A stretch of DNA of 64,000 bases from Candidatus Kuenenia stuttgartensis (GTDB lineage Bacteria > Planctomycetota > GCA-002687715 > CAIWVZ01). Within the stretch, counting starts at the first letter, position 1, and each line of letters starts with the position of its first letter. The notes below the pieces were generated by a model that worked only from the letters and a program-made list of their open reading frames with translations, was not told the DNA's origin and did not search any database. This document shows positions 47,484-56,820 of the stretch, in pieces. The stretch lies in assembly GCA_945860915.1 (NCBI GenBank), contig CAMARR010000003.1:58535-122534 (forward strand), written 5' to 3'. The position numbers and the translations under genes are program-made.

Positions 47484-48629
47484 CTAGTTCGATGAACGAA
47501 TCACGGTGACTTCCACGGGACTTGGCTCGACACTCTGCAACTTGAGGCCGGTCGGAATTCTGAAGACCTCCACCGAAACCGACTCGGCGGCAAGCACTCG
47601 GGTTCCTTCTGAGACCGCCGCGCGCGCGACAAGGCGATCGGTGTCGATCTCAGCGCGCAACATTCTACGGAGTTCCTCCAAACGAGAAGGATCGCGCCAT
47701 GCGTCGACGATGGAACGAGCGCCCGACAACCGAACGGTCACGACGGGCCTCTCGCTGTCGAGCGGCTTGGGCAGCACAAATCGCCAGTTCGCTCCCGGTG
47801 ACACGGCCAGACGCAGTGCGACCCGCGGCACCTCAATCGATGCGTCTTCGGCGGGGACGAAACTGACCGTGGCCTCAATCACCTGGCGAGCGTCGAAACG
47901 AATGAACTTCTGACCGAACTCGGGTGGCAACGAGTTGAGGACGGTCTTAAAGTCCGACGTTCGCCCCCCACACGGGATCTGCAGCATCGCCTCCGAAATT
48001 GCACTTGGACCCTCAAGCCAAGACGCCGGACCGAGCACGCGCGCTGTGGGCGGATCAATTGCGACCTTTGCCGTCAGGGTCCCGGCGACGTCGAACGCTT
48101 GACCAATGAGCCTCACTTCTCGGGTTGCCAAGCGATCAAGGATCACCTGCACCGGCGGGAATAACTCCGCCGTGACAGTGCCGAGCCCCGTTTCGACGTC
48201 CTTGCCGTCGATTGCCCGTGGAGTCTCGTTGCCGCGCTCGCCAGGAGCGCGCTGTAGCCACGATTCGCGCAAGGCCACGCTCGCAGACACGCGGCGCGTG
48301 TCCTTGAGGCTACCCGCAAGCCTCTGCGGCCCGCGAATGACTAGCCTCGCGCGCGGTGTGTCAACTCTCCGAACGGCGACGTTCCCTTCCGGAGTCAGCA
48401 GCAATTCGCGACGCAATGCCGATGTCGGGCGACTCGCCGCGGCATCGGCGACCACCACATCGACTTCGCCGTCAAACAGCGTCACCTGCTGTTCGCGGTC
48501 AATGATCGCGATCAGAACGCTCGCGAGAATGATCGCGAGGATCTTTGGGAAAAGGTGGTCCGTGAGGAGCCCGCGGACGAACCCGTGACGTTCGCTCGTA
48601 CGAGTCAAACGTTGATTGCCGGTGCTCAT
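47484..48629 (-). CDS. YbbR/CdaR-like diadenylate cyclase regulator
   Basis: N-terminal TM (KILAIILASVL), repeated P-x3-V-x-GP beta domains, ends VEPSPVEV; lies between cdaA and glmM. Confidence 0.7.
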   Translation of the reverse strand: MSTGNQRLTRTSERHGFVRGLLTDHLFPKILAIILASVLIAIIDREQQVTLFDGEVDVVVADAAASRPTSALRRELLLTPEGNVAVRRVDTPRARLVIRGPQRLAGSLKDTRRVSASVALRESWLQRAPGERGNETPRAIDGKDVETGLGTVTAELFPPVQVILDRLATREVRLIGQAFDVAGTLTAKVAIDPPTARVLGPASWLEGPSAISEAMLQIPCGGRTSDFKTVLNSLPPEFGQKFIRFDARQVIEATVSFVPAEDASIEVPRVALRLAVSPGANWRFVLPKPLDSERPVVTVRLSGARSIVDAWRDPSRLEELRRMLRAEIDTDRLVARAAVSEGTRVLAAESVSVEVFRIPTGLKLQSVEPSPVEVTVIRSSN

Positions 48630-49414
48630 GCCCCCTCCGTCACATCTGTCGCATCTTCGGGAGGCACGGGAAGAAGTAGCACTTCCCTGAGGCGTTCGAG
48701 CGAAACTCCGGTTTCCAACTTACCGCGTCGGGCGACGGAAATACGCTGTGTTTCTTCCGACACCACAATCGCAATCGCATCTGAATCTTCGGTCACTCCG
48801 AGAGCGGCTCGGTGTCGTGTACCAAGGGTTCGAGCCAACGTCGCGTTCTCGGATAACGGCAGCATGCAACCTGCTGCGACAATTCTCTCGCCGCGCAACA
48901 AAAGGGCGCCATCGTGGAGCGGAGAATCCTTGGAGAAAATCGACACGATCAGCGCCGGACCGACCGCCGCGTCAACCCGAACAGCCGCTGGCCCTTCGAT
49001 CAGGCCTCCCAATCCGTCCCCGCCTTCTACAACGATGATCGCGCCAAGCCCCCGCTTGGCGAGTCGGTCGACCGCAGTCACAAGCTCCTCCGTCGCACCT
49101 TTGCTGACGCGAGAAAGCCCGAGAAGGAACTCGGAGTCACCGAGTGAAACCAAGGCTTGCCTCAACTCAGGCTGAAAGACCACGAGAAGCCCGATGACGA
49201 CAAAAGCCATTCCTCGATCAGCGATCCACTGAATACGCTGGAGATCGAGGGCCTTTGCAAGCGAAATGCCGCCGACAAGGAAGACTACGACGACAAAAAT
49301 GAACCCCTTGAGAACTCCTGATCCCCGGGTCTCCTGCAAGAAGCGAATGCAGGCGTAGATGACCATCGACAGGATGAGGATCTCGATCGCCGTCCGAAGC
49401 CAGTCCATGTTCAT
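48626..49414 (-). CDS. cdaA: Diadenylate cyclase CdaA/DacA
   Basis: Three N-terminal TM helices, VVFQPELR, GAIIV, PLHDGA, GTRHRAALG, VSEET. Confidence 0.93.
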   Translation of the reverse strand: MNMDWLRTAIEILILSMVIYACIRFLQETRGSGVLKGFIFVVVVFLVGGISLAKALDLQRIQWIADRGMAFVVIGLLVVFQPELRQALVSLGDSEFLLGLSRVSKGATEELVTAVDRLAKRGLGAIIVVEGGDGLGGLIEGPAAVRVDAAVGPALIVSIFSKDSPLHDGALLLRGERIVAAGCMLPLSENATLARTLGTRHRAALGVTEDSDAIAIVVSEETQRISVARRGKLETGVSLERLREVLLLPVPPEDATDVTEGA

Positions 49415-50271
49415 GGAAGAACTCCGGCTGCGCTCACGGCCTCTGCAACTTTCACGGCGTCGGCGGCGAACCCGACGTGATGAACGCGTACGAGTTCAAC
49501 CGAGGCCTTTGCACATCCAGCCACGACAACCGCAGTCGCTACATCACGATCCTTGGGGTCGGTTCGCCCGGTCAACACACCAAGGAAAGCCTTACGCGAC
49601 GGCCCAACACAAAGCGGGTACCGCCCCATGCGCAGCTGATCAAGTTGCGCGAGCAAGGCTAAATTGTGCTCCGCGGATTTTGCGAAACCGAGCCCGGGAT
49701 CAAGGATGACGCGCCTTGAGTCAATCCCTGCAGACTCTGCCCGGCTCACCGCCAACGCGAGCTCCGCGACGACGTCCGTAACGACAGCGTTGTAGTTCGC
49801 CATCGATTGCATCGTTCTTGGATTTCCACGACGGTGCATGAGGATGACGGCGGCGTCGGTTCTTGCGACCACTTGGGACAACGAGGGATCCTCACTCAAC
49901 CCACTGACGTCGTTGAGGATCGATGCGCCGGCTCGCCACGCTTCATCAAACACGGCAGCCTTGGTTGTGTCGACGCTGATAGGAATGCCGATGCGCTCGA
50001 CGAGTGCGCGCACGACCGGAACAACCCGACGAAGTTCGTGCTCAAGGGAAATCGCGTCCGCCATCGGCCGTGTCGACTCGCCTCCGACATCGAGGACCAA
50101 TGCCCCCGCAGCAACCATGAGCTTCGCCGCGGCAACGACCTCTTCGAGATCAGCATAGGACCCGCCATCGCTGAACGAATCCGGCGTGATGTTGAGAATC
50201 CCCATGATGGCCGTCGGGCCACCCGCATCGAGCACGCGACCACGCCCAAGTGGGAGATCGAATCGACGCAT
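49411..50271 (-). CDS. folP: Dihydropteroate synthase
   Basis: MGILNITPDSFSDGG, DVGGESTRP, SVDT, LNDVSG, DPGLGFAK, SRKAF, VRVH. Confidence 0.95.
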   Translation of the reverse strand: MRRFDLPLGRGRVLDAGGPTAIMGILNITPDSFSDGGSYADLEEVVAAAKLMVAAGALVLDVGGESTRPMADAISLEHELRRVVPVVRALVERIGIPISVDTTKAAVFDEAWRAGASILNDVSGLSEDPSLSQVVARTDAAVILMHRRGNPRTMQSMANYNAVVTDVVAELALAVSRAESAGIDSRRVILDPGLGFAKSAEHNLALLAQLDQLRMGRYPLCVGPSRKAFLGVLTGRTDPKDRDVATAVVVAGCAKASVELVRVHHVGFAADAVKVAEAVSAAGVLP

Positions 50272-50278
50272 GGCGGCT

Positions 50279-50788
50279 TCAGCCGCTCCGGGTCGCGTCG
50301 GCGCGTACGAATGTCGCCTTCTGAAGTTCGAGGACGATGTCCTCGCCGAGCTCACGCATGAGCTTGGCGCGAACGGCCTCAAGATCTTCCCCACGGTCGC
50401 GGATGCCCTCGGCACGTCGCGTCATTTTGAACTGCGAAATCACGCGCCCCGTGGTTCGCTCTGCAAGCACGACTTCAACCTCGGCGATGACACCTTCTTC
50501 AAGTGTCACTTCCTTCCGATCGACGACGAGTGGCGCACGACCAATGCGGAGAATGCGCGTCGAAAGGACGGCCTCGGCGTGCGCTAGGTCACGAACAGTC
50601 ACATCCGTGCGCCGCATTAACTGTCGTGTCACTTCGCGAGTCAGCGAAATCTCATCGCCACGGTAAAACGTGTCGTTGGTGCCCATGCGAACTGCAATGG
50701 TGCTGACACCCTCGGGCATCAGAGAGCCTGTCGAGTAGCCACAGCCGGCGACACAGAGCGCAAGCACGATTCGACGGAATCGGATCAA
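50279..50788 (-). CDS. lptE: LptE family LPS-assembly lipoprotein
   Basis: Lipobox VAGC-GY, size and position directly after bamD. Confidence 0.7.
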   Translation of the reverse strand: MIRFRRIVLALCVAGCGYSTGSLMPEGVSTIAVRMGTNDTFYRGDEISLTREVTRQLMRRTDVTVRDLAHAEAVLSTRILRIGRAPLVVDRKEVTLEEGVIAEVEVVLAERTTGRVISQFKMTRRAEGIRDRGEDLEAVRAKLMRELGEDIVLELQKATFVRADATRSG

Positions 50789-51957
50789 TTCGATCCCCCA
50801 CTAGGTCGGGTGGACGGAAGAGATTCGGACGACGTTTTGGGTTCGATCACCGTCGGACGAGAGTCCGTTGTGGACGCGCGCGAGGCCGGTCCCCGGCCTC
50901 GTGCAACCGCCAATCGCCGCTCTTCGGCTTCAAGTTGCTCTTGAGCAACTTCAGGAACCACGTCAACCAGCGCCGCGATCCGCAGACGCGCTCGGTCTGC
51001 AGCATTCGATTTGGGCCAGTCCGCCACAAGCTTCAAGTAGTAGTAACGGGCACTGTAAGCCTTGCCCATACTCTCATACCAATCGGCGACTTTGTACATG
51101 CGATCGGATTCAATGGACTCGAGCCATTGCAGCATGCGTAACGCATCATCCCGCCATTCGCCTTGTGGGAAATCCTTGATGTAGGTGACGATGCGTTCGC
51201 GCGCATCCGCGTTGATTTTTGGATCGTAGTAGTCGCCCTTGACTCGCCGATAACGGCAGTAGCCCTGGTAGTACCGCGCAGCCGTGTACCACTCGGAGTT
51301 GGTGTAATTCTGTGCGAGGAGATCGAATGCTGGCGTGGCTAACTCCCAGTCTTCGTCTTCCACGAAGTACCTCGCAAGCTGCCACTGTGCATCCGCGGCG
51401 CGGGCGGAATTAGGGTAAGTCGAAACTATCCACTTCATGATCTCGACGCCGCGCCCACGATTCGAGAAGATCCCAAAGAACGATGACATCCGCCCCTCGA
51501 TGTACTCGCGTCCCGATACGTAGGCGTGCTCTTCGATGACCTTAGATCGATCTGAAATGCTGTGGTTGAGAGCATAAGACTTGCATGCCGTGAAGCACCT
51601 GCCGTAGTCGCCGTCGAGGAACGTGGACTCCACCCACAAGTACCGCGAAACCTCGTCGTATTCGGAGGCCGGAAAGTCCTCGACAAACTCCTCGAAAAGG
51701 TCGCCGGCTTCTTCGAAGTCCTTGGCGTCAAACGCGGCCTTGGCTCCATCAAACGCGGCCTTCTGCGCAACACGCTGCTCTGGTGTCACTTCGATGCGAC
51801 CACGACGAAGTACCGCAAGCTTTTCTTTCTCTTCGCGCCCGGGATCGGATCGGAGGAACTCTGGAAGAGACTGATTCGCCTTACGCCCGAGGGCCGAGCA
51901 CCCCGAAAGGACGCCAAGGAGTAGCGCAAGTAGAAGAAGTGAGGATCGAGGGCGCAT
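50785..51957 (-). CDS. bamD: Outer membrane protein assembly factor BamD-like TPR lipoprotein
   Basis: Lipobox LSGC; repeated FPAS/YPNS TPR motifs; YD-x6-A-x5-YI-x2-FP; SARYYY. Confidence 0.75.
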   Translation of the reverse strand: MRPRSSLLLLALLLGVLSGCSALGRKANQSLPEFLRSDPGREEKEKLAVLRRGRIEVTPEQRVAQKAAFDGAKAAFDAKDFEEAGDLFEEFVEDFPASEYDEVSRYLWVESTFLDGDYGRCFTACKSYALNHSISDRSKVIEEHAYVSGREYIEGRMSSFFGIFSNRGRGVEIMKWIVSTYPNSARAADAQWQLARYFVEDEDWELATPAFDLLAQNYTNSEWYTAARYYQGYCRYRRVKGDYYDPKINADARERIVTYIKDFPQGEWRDDALRMLQWLESIESDRMYKVADWYESMGKAYSARYYYLKLVADWPKSNAADRARLRIAALVDVVPEVAQEQLEAEERRLAVARGRGPASRASTTDSRPTVIEPKTSSESLPSTRPSGGSN

Positions 51958-52106
51958 GGGACTCCGGAGGGTCAAGGCGGCTCGCACCCCCCAAAAGTGG
52001 AAGCGATCGAATCACCGTCCCTCAACCGAGATCGATCCTAGGACCGTGGAGGGAGGGGGTCAAGGACGACAAATGACAAGTACCCCCTAACTCGGCTCAC
52101 ACGTGC

Positions 52107-52673
52107 ATGTCAGCTTATCGAGATGAAATTCGAGTCCCGCTCCTTAGTACAATGCTCACGACACGCCAGCGACTCAAAAGCGCCGAACTTAGGAGCCCGC
52201 ACTTGCCCCAAGAGGGATATGAAATCGAACGAAAATTCCTGCTGTCAGGAACTCCGCCGTCGGTCCTAGATTCCCCAAAGCTGGTCGTTAAGCAGGGCTG
52301 GATTCCTGGGAAAAAACTCAAGGAACGACTTCGGATGACGAGCTACGAAGACGGAAGCGCTCGGTACTTTCGCACCGTGAAATCGGGGTCGGGGCTCGTC
52401 AAGATCGAGATCGAAGAGCAGACCAACGCGGAGCTGTTCGACTACCTCTGGCCACTGACCGTCGGACGGCGTGTAACGAAACTGCGTTACTTGGTGCAAG
52501 AGGTCGGGTTTCTCTGGGAAGTCGATGTCTTCACCGACCGCGAACTAGTCCTCGCCGAAGTCGAGTTGCCGACGCCTGAGTCACTTGCCCCCATGCCCGC
52601 CTGGATCCTCCCGTACATGGTCCGTGAAGTCACGGAAGACTCGTCCTACTCCAACTCGTCGCTGGCCTTCTGA
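52107..52673 (+). CDS. CYTH domain protein
   Basis: EIERKFL, RLR, K-x-RY, WEVDVF, LAEVEL, EVT-x4-Y-x-N. True start may be further downstream. Confidence 0.85.
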   Translation: MSAYRDEIRVPLLSTMLTTRQRLKSAELRSPHLPQEGYEIERKFLLSGTPPSVLDSPKLVVKQGWIPGKKLKERLRMTSYEDGSARYFRTVKSGSGLVKIEIEEQTNAELFDYLWPLTVGRRVTKLRYLVQEVGFLWEVDVFTDRELVLAEVELPTPESLAPMPAWILPYMVREVTEDSSYSNSSLAF

Positions 52674-53458
52674 GACAAGGGGTTCTCCGGGCGTAGGAAC
52701 CTCGCTGCGCAGAGTTCCTTCTCCAGCACGTTCTCGAGACAGGCATCTAGGACGGCTCGCATGGCGAGGGCCCCCGAGTCCGAGACGCTGAGCGCCACGG
52801 CATCCGCAATAAGTGCGTCGCGTGCTGTCAGAAGAAGTCGGCGTGGCGCCGATGCAAGAGGTATTAGGCCAGGAGTCGACCCCTGTAGGCAACTGCTGCA
52901 GACAACTCCCCCGCGTCCCGGCGAGATCTTCACTGCAGCCTTCTCAGGAGCCTTCTTGCGGCACAAGGCACAACCTTCGAGCATCGGCGCAAATCCCGCA
53001 TATCCCAACCACCGGAGATCGAACCGTGCCGTGACGGCGGCGACGGATGTGGGCGGCGACACCTCAAGCCCGGCGAGCGTTTCGACCGCTAGATCGAATC
53101 GAGCCGTATCGGGATCCTGATCCCTATGACCTTCGTGAAGGATCTCGGTGACATGACACGCGGCGTGAAATCGGTTCAAGTCGTCTCGCAGCCCTGGGAA
53201 ACCAGTAACGACCCGCCAGCGCGTCAACAGGTTCAGGCTGTCGCCTTTGCGCCATTTGATCGTAGCTTCGCCAAGTTGCGCGAGATCTAGCGGACCGAGC
53301 AAATCCGGATTGGGCTTTCGGATGCCCTTGGCAAGAACAGAGGCTCGGCCTCGTGTTCGAGTCATCAAGCGTCCGATTTGACTATTCTCGCTGTAATCCT
53401 GACGCTTCAGGACTAACGCAAGCGTCGTTTCCCCGGGGTCCTTCTGCGACACGGTCAC
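52646..53458 (-). CDS. recO: DNA repair protein RecO
   Basis: VL-x3-DYSE, T-x3-G-x5-AKG-x-RK, GFAP-x-L-x2-CALC...GG-x2-C-x2-C. Confidence 0.88.
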   Translation of the reverse strand: MTVSQKDPGETTLALVLKRQDYSENSQIGRLMTRTRGRASVLAKGIRKPNPDLLGPLDLAQLGEATIKWRKGDSLNLLTRWRVVTGFPGLRDDLNRFHAACHVTEILHEGHRDQDPDTARFDLAVETLAGLEVSPPTSVAAVTARFDLRWLGYAGFAPMLEGCALCRKKAPEKAAVKISPGRGGVVCSSCLQGSTPGLIPLASAPRRLLLTARDALIADAVALSVSDSGALAMRAVLDACLENVLEKELCAARFLRPENPLSQKASDELE

Positions 53459-54786
53459 TCAGCCGCCGTGCGAATCCGAAGGCGTGAGATGCGTCGCTCA
53501 TCAGCATCCACCACGGTAATCACCACGCCATCCTTCTCGAGCGCCTCGCCACACTTCGGGATCCGCCCGAGCTGCGAATACACATAGCCGCCGAGCGTGT
53601 CGTACGACTCGTCTTCCGGAAGCCCAACACCCATTTTGCGATTGAGATCGTCGACCCGAACGGTCGCCGCCACATCAGCCTCGTAGTCGCCATGCATCAC
53701 AATGTCGGCTGGCGCCGCAGCCTCCTCGGTGTCGAGTTCGTCGTGAATTTCACCAACGATTTCTTCGATCAGATCCTCAATGGTCGCGATTCCTGCGGTG
53801 CCTCCGTATTCATCGACGACGACCGCTAGATGCGCCCGACCCGATCGGAGTTCACGCAGGAGTTCAGGCACCGGCTTGCTCTCCGGCACAAACATTGCGG
53901 GTCGCATGATCGAACGGAGAGTCGGAAACTCATGGGCCGGTTTGCCGACATGCGCTAGGAGATCTTTGACGAATAGGATTCCGACGATTCGATCAACGGT
54001 GCCTTCATGCAGCGGCACCCGGGAATGGCCCATTTCATGCGCCTGACGAATGGCTTCTGGAAAGGGCGTCTCAACGGGTAACGAAACCATGCGCGTCCGC
54101 GGCGTCATGACTTCCGCAACCGGTCGATCTCGAAAGCCGATCAAGTTGTGAAAGATCGCGGCCTCGTCCTTCCGCAGGACGCCGTCTTTTTCACCTTCGC
54201 TGATCGCATCGAGCACCTCGTCGCGAAATTCGGCTGCATCATCGACCTTGTCCTCGGGTACACCCACGATGCGCGCCAAGCCCGACCCAAGTCGCGACAT
54301 GGCCCATCGGACCGGAGTAAGGACGAAATCCGTCGCGAGAATGAATGGCAACAAGAGGAGGAGACCGCGCTCAGGCTTGCGTCGCACGGCTTCGCGAAGC
54401 GTCCCGTATAGCCCGATGATGACGACCGCGAGAAACGCGCCGAGGCGCTTGACGGCATCTCCAAGCTCTGACGGAGCGCCCTCGCCTCCAATTCCGGTCC
54501 CAACGATCAGGACGGTGAACGCGACAAGCCGGACGATCACCATCGAGTCAATGAGCTCGAATTCACGTTCAAGCAACGCGTCGATGCGCTTCAGCCGTGG
54601 CGCTTCAACCATGTCCTGCAGGCGATTACGCCGCCGATTGCGTATGGCGCTTTCACCCGCGATGGCCAGAGCCAAGAACAGCCCGGACACCCACCAGATC
54701 AACGAGAATGGGGCTAACGCCGACGCCACTCCGGGGTTAGTGGCGGCCGAGAGACTCGGCAGAACATTGAGGGACGAGATGCTCAC
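53455..54786 (-). CDS. HlyC/CorC family (hemolysin-like) CBS-domain membrane protein
   Basis: TM N-terminus, EVMTPR, HSRVP, GILFVKDLL, FVPESK, VVDEYGGTAG, EDLIEEIVGEI, DTLGGY. Confidence 0.9.
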   Translation of the reverse strand: MSISSLNVLPSLSAATNPGVASALAPFSLIWWVSGLFLALAIAGESAIRNRRRNRLQDMVEAPRLKRIDALLEREFELIDSMVIVRLVAFTVLIVGTGIGGEGAPSELGDAVKRLGAFLAVVIIGLYGTLREAVRRKPERGLLLLLPFILATDFVLTPVRWAMSRLGSGLARIVGVPEDKVDDAAEFRDEVLDAISEGEKDGVLRKDEAAIFHNLIGFRDRPVAEVMTPRTRMVSLPVETPFPEAIRQAHEMGHSRVPLHEGTVDRIVGILFVKDLLAHVGKPAHEFPTLRSIMRPAMFVPESKPVPELLRELRSGRAHLAVVVDEYGGTAGIATIEDLIEEIVGEIHDELDTEEAAAPADIVMHGDYEADVAATVRVDDLNRKMGVGLPEDESYDTLGGYVYSQLGRIPKCGEALEKDGVVITVVDADERRISRLRIRTAAE

Positions 54787-55111
54787 AAGAAGACTGAAAC
54801 TCTAACTCCCTCCGAGGATCTAGCGCAGGCCGCCTAGTACATGCGCATTCAATTTCGACATAACCATATTCAGAATAGTACTTTATGGCATTTTAGATGG
54901 ATGGTCGAATCGGGATCCGGACTCGTCTTACGGATCGAGGGTCCGGTGGCCTCGACCACCTGAAGTCCTTTCCGTTACCTCAACGAGAAATCGTTCCGAG
55001 AATCAAACAAATCCACGGATGACAGAAACGGCGCGTCCGTATGATCTTGAACCCAACGGAGGCAAACCATGGCGGATTACGCCATGAGGCCTCCAACAAC
55101 CGGAGATCACT

Positions 55112-55594
55112 ATGCGTTCATTCCTTGCCCTCGCGTTGTTCGTGTCCTTGTTTGCCTCATCGGCGATCGCGCAGTCCACCATCATGAACAAGGACTGCAC
55201 CGTCATGTCGAAGCCGGCCAAGAAAGAGTTCTTCGTAGACACCCCCAAGGGCCGCGTCTACCTGTGCTGCAAAGGCTGCCTCAAGAAGGCCGGCGCAGAC
55301 GTCGAAGCGACTTACGCCAAGGCGTATCCCGAGACCAAGAAGCTCGAGTCGGCAACGTGCCCGGTCACCGGCGAGAAGCTCAACGACAAGGCTGTCACCG
55401 TGACCTACAAGGGTTACGAGTTCAAAGTCTGCTGCAACGACTGCGCCAAGAAGTTCTCCGAGAAGGGTGACGCGGGCGACGCATTCGTCCACAAGCTGAC
55501 CTCGAAGAAGGAAGACAAGCCGGCCAAGAAGGAAGACAAACCGGCGAAGAAAGAAGACAAGCCGGCCAAAAAGGAAGACAAACCGAACGGCTGA
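55112..55594 (+). CDS. Secreted tandem YHS/TRASH-like Cys-rich metal-binding protein
   Basis: Signal peptide ending SAIA|Q; two repeats C(T/P)V...CC-x2-C; GGAG RBS; KKEDKPA tail. Confidence 0.8.
   Translation: MRSFLALALFVSLFASSAIAQSTIMNKDCTVMSKPAKKEFFVDTPKGRVYLCCKGCLKKAGADVEATYAKAYPETKKLESATCPVTGEKLNDKAVTVTYKGYEFKVCCNDCAKKFSEKGDAGDAFVHKLTSKKEDKPAKKEDKPAKKEDKPAKKEDKPNG
55505..55585 (+). repeat. In-frame 21-bp tandem repeat (about 3.9 copies) encoding KKEDKPA
   Basis: AAGAAGGAAGACAAGCCGGCC and synonymous variants at 55505, 55526, 55547, 55568. Confidence 0.9.
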
Positions 55595-55617
55595 TAGTTC
55601 GAGTCTTTACTTTGAGA

Positions 55618-55656
55618 CCGACGAGGGCGTTGGCGTCAGTGCCAGCGCCCTGTCGG
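55618..55656. terminator. GC-rich hairpin between convergent genes (no clear U-tract)
   Basis: CCGAC-g-AGGGCGTTGGC / GCCAGCGCCCT-GTCGG stem with a 6-nt loop. Confidence 0.4.
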
Positions 55657-55716
55657 CTACCTAAGGGGCCCCTGCGGGTCCTCGTCCACTTGAATCAACA
55701 CCTTTCCCGCCCGTTC

Positions 55717-56820
55717 TCACACGAGGCTGAGGTAAAGGTCAGCGTGACGCCGCGCGCATGAGTCCCATGTAAAATCGCGGGCGCGCTCGAATCCACGCGC
55801 CGAAAGATCATCCCGCCGGTGCCGGTCTCGAAGAACGCGATCGAGTGCCAACGCAAGGGAATGTGGATCGCCAACTTCGAAGTACTCGGCGGCGTCACCC
55901 GCAACCTCTGGGATCGCTGAAGTTCGAGCGGCAACCACGGGTGTCCCCGATGCCATCGCTTCGATCAGGGGGATTCCGAAGCCTTCCAGTTTCGATGCAA
56001 GCACGTATGCCGACGCTTCTCGAAACAAGTCAGGGAGATCTTCCCGCGCGACATAGCCTGGCAGAAACACGTCCGATTCAAGGCCCAAATGGCAGATCTC
56101 GTCTTGGAGTTCGTCCAAGCCAGACTGATGTTTCCCGGCCAGCACGAGAGCGTGGCCCGCCATGCTTGAATCGCGGAGCTCGGCAAATGCGCGCACGATC
56201 GTAATCGGGTCCTTTCGATGTCGGATGGTGCCAAGCGCGAGGACATAGGGACGCGCGCTCATGCCATAGCGGTCGCGCGCGAGGGCAGGTCCAACCGGTC
56301 GAAAATCGCTATCAACTCCATGCGGAATCACGTGAACGCGAGACGCCGCGCTCGGCGCCAAAGCGCAAAGTGTGTCACGAGTCGATCGCGAGGGAACGAC
56401 AATCGCGTGCGCGGTTGCCAGTGCGTGAAAAACGCGAAGTCGATGCGGCGACAACATGCCACCTTCTCCAGGGACTTGCCCCGGAGCCGGAAGGTCATGC
56501 ACGGTCACGACCTTGCGAGCAGATGCGAAGTGCGACATCGCCGCGACCGGCGCGTGAAGCACACGGATGCCCTCCGCCGCGACCACCTGCGGCAACACAG
56601 TTTCGCGCCACAGGGCGCGGCCTGGCCCGGGTCGGGCAGACACTAATCGCCCTGGTTCGCTTACGCGAGGAGCGGGGTGCCCTTCACGCGTAATCACTGA
56701 CACCGTGAGTTCCGGCGCAACACGAGGAAGAGTCTCGGCGAGTCGACGCGCGTAGCGCTCGACTCCCGTTTCCTCCGCAACCTCGAGGCAGGTGAGGTCC
56801 AGTCCGACATGAAGCGTCAT
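55717..56820 (-). CDS. Glycosyltransferase family 4 (GT-B)
   Basis: TGVERY, VTVHDL, PHGVD, LGT-x3-RKD, EGFGIPLIEAMASGTPV. Confidence 0.92.
   Translation of the reverse strand: MTLHVGLDLTCLEVAEETGVERYARRLAETLPRVAPELTVSVITREGHPAPRVSEPGRLVSARPGPGRALWRETVLPQVVAAEGIRVLHAPVAAMSHFASARKVVTVHDLPAPGQVPGEGGMLSPHRLRVFHALATAHAIVVPSRSTRDTLCALAPSAASRVHVIPHGVDSDFRPVGPALARDRYGMSARPYVLALGTIRHRKDPITIVRAFAELRDSSMAGHALVLAGKHQSGLDELQDEICHLGLESDVFLPGYVAREDLPDLFREASAYVLASKLEGFGIPLIEAMASGTPVVAARTSAIPEVAGDAAEYFEVGDPHSLALALDRVLRDRHRRDDLSARGFERARDFTWDSCARRHADLYLSLV

Noticed and set aside
55505-55585. CRISPR-like or mobile repeat
   Set aside because: Contiguous in-frame 21-bp coding repeats with no spacers and no cas genes.
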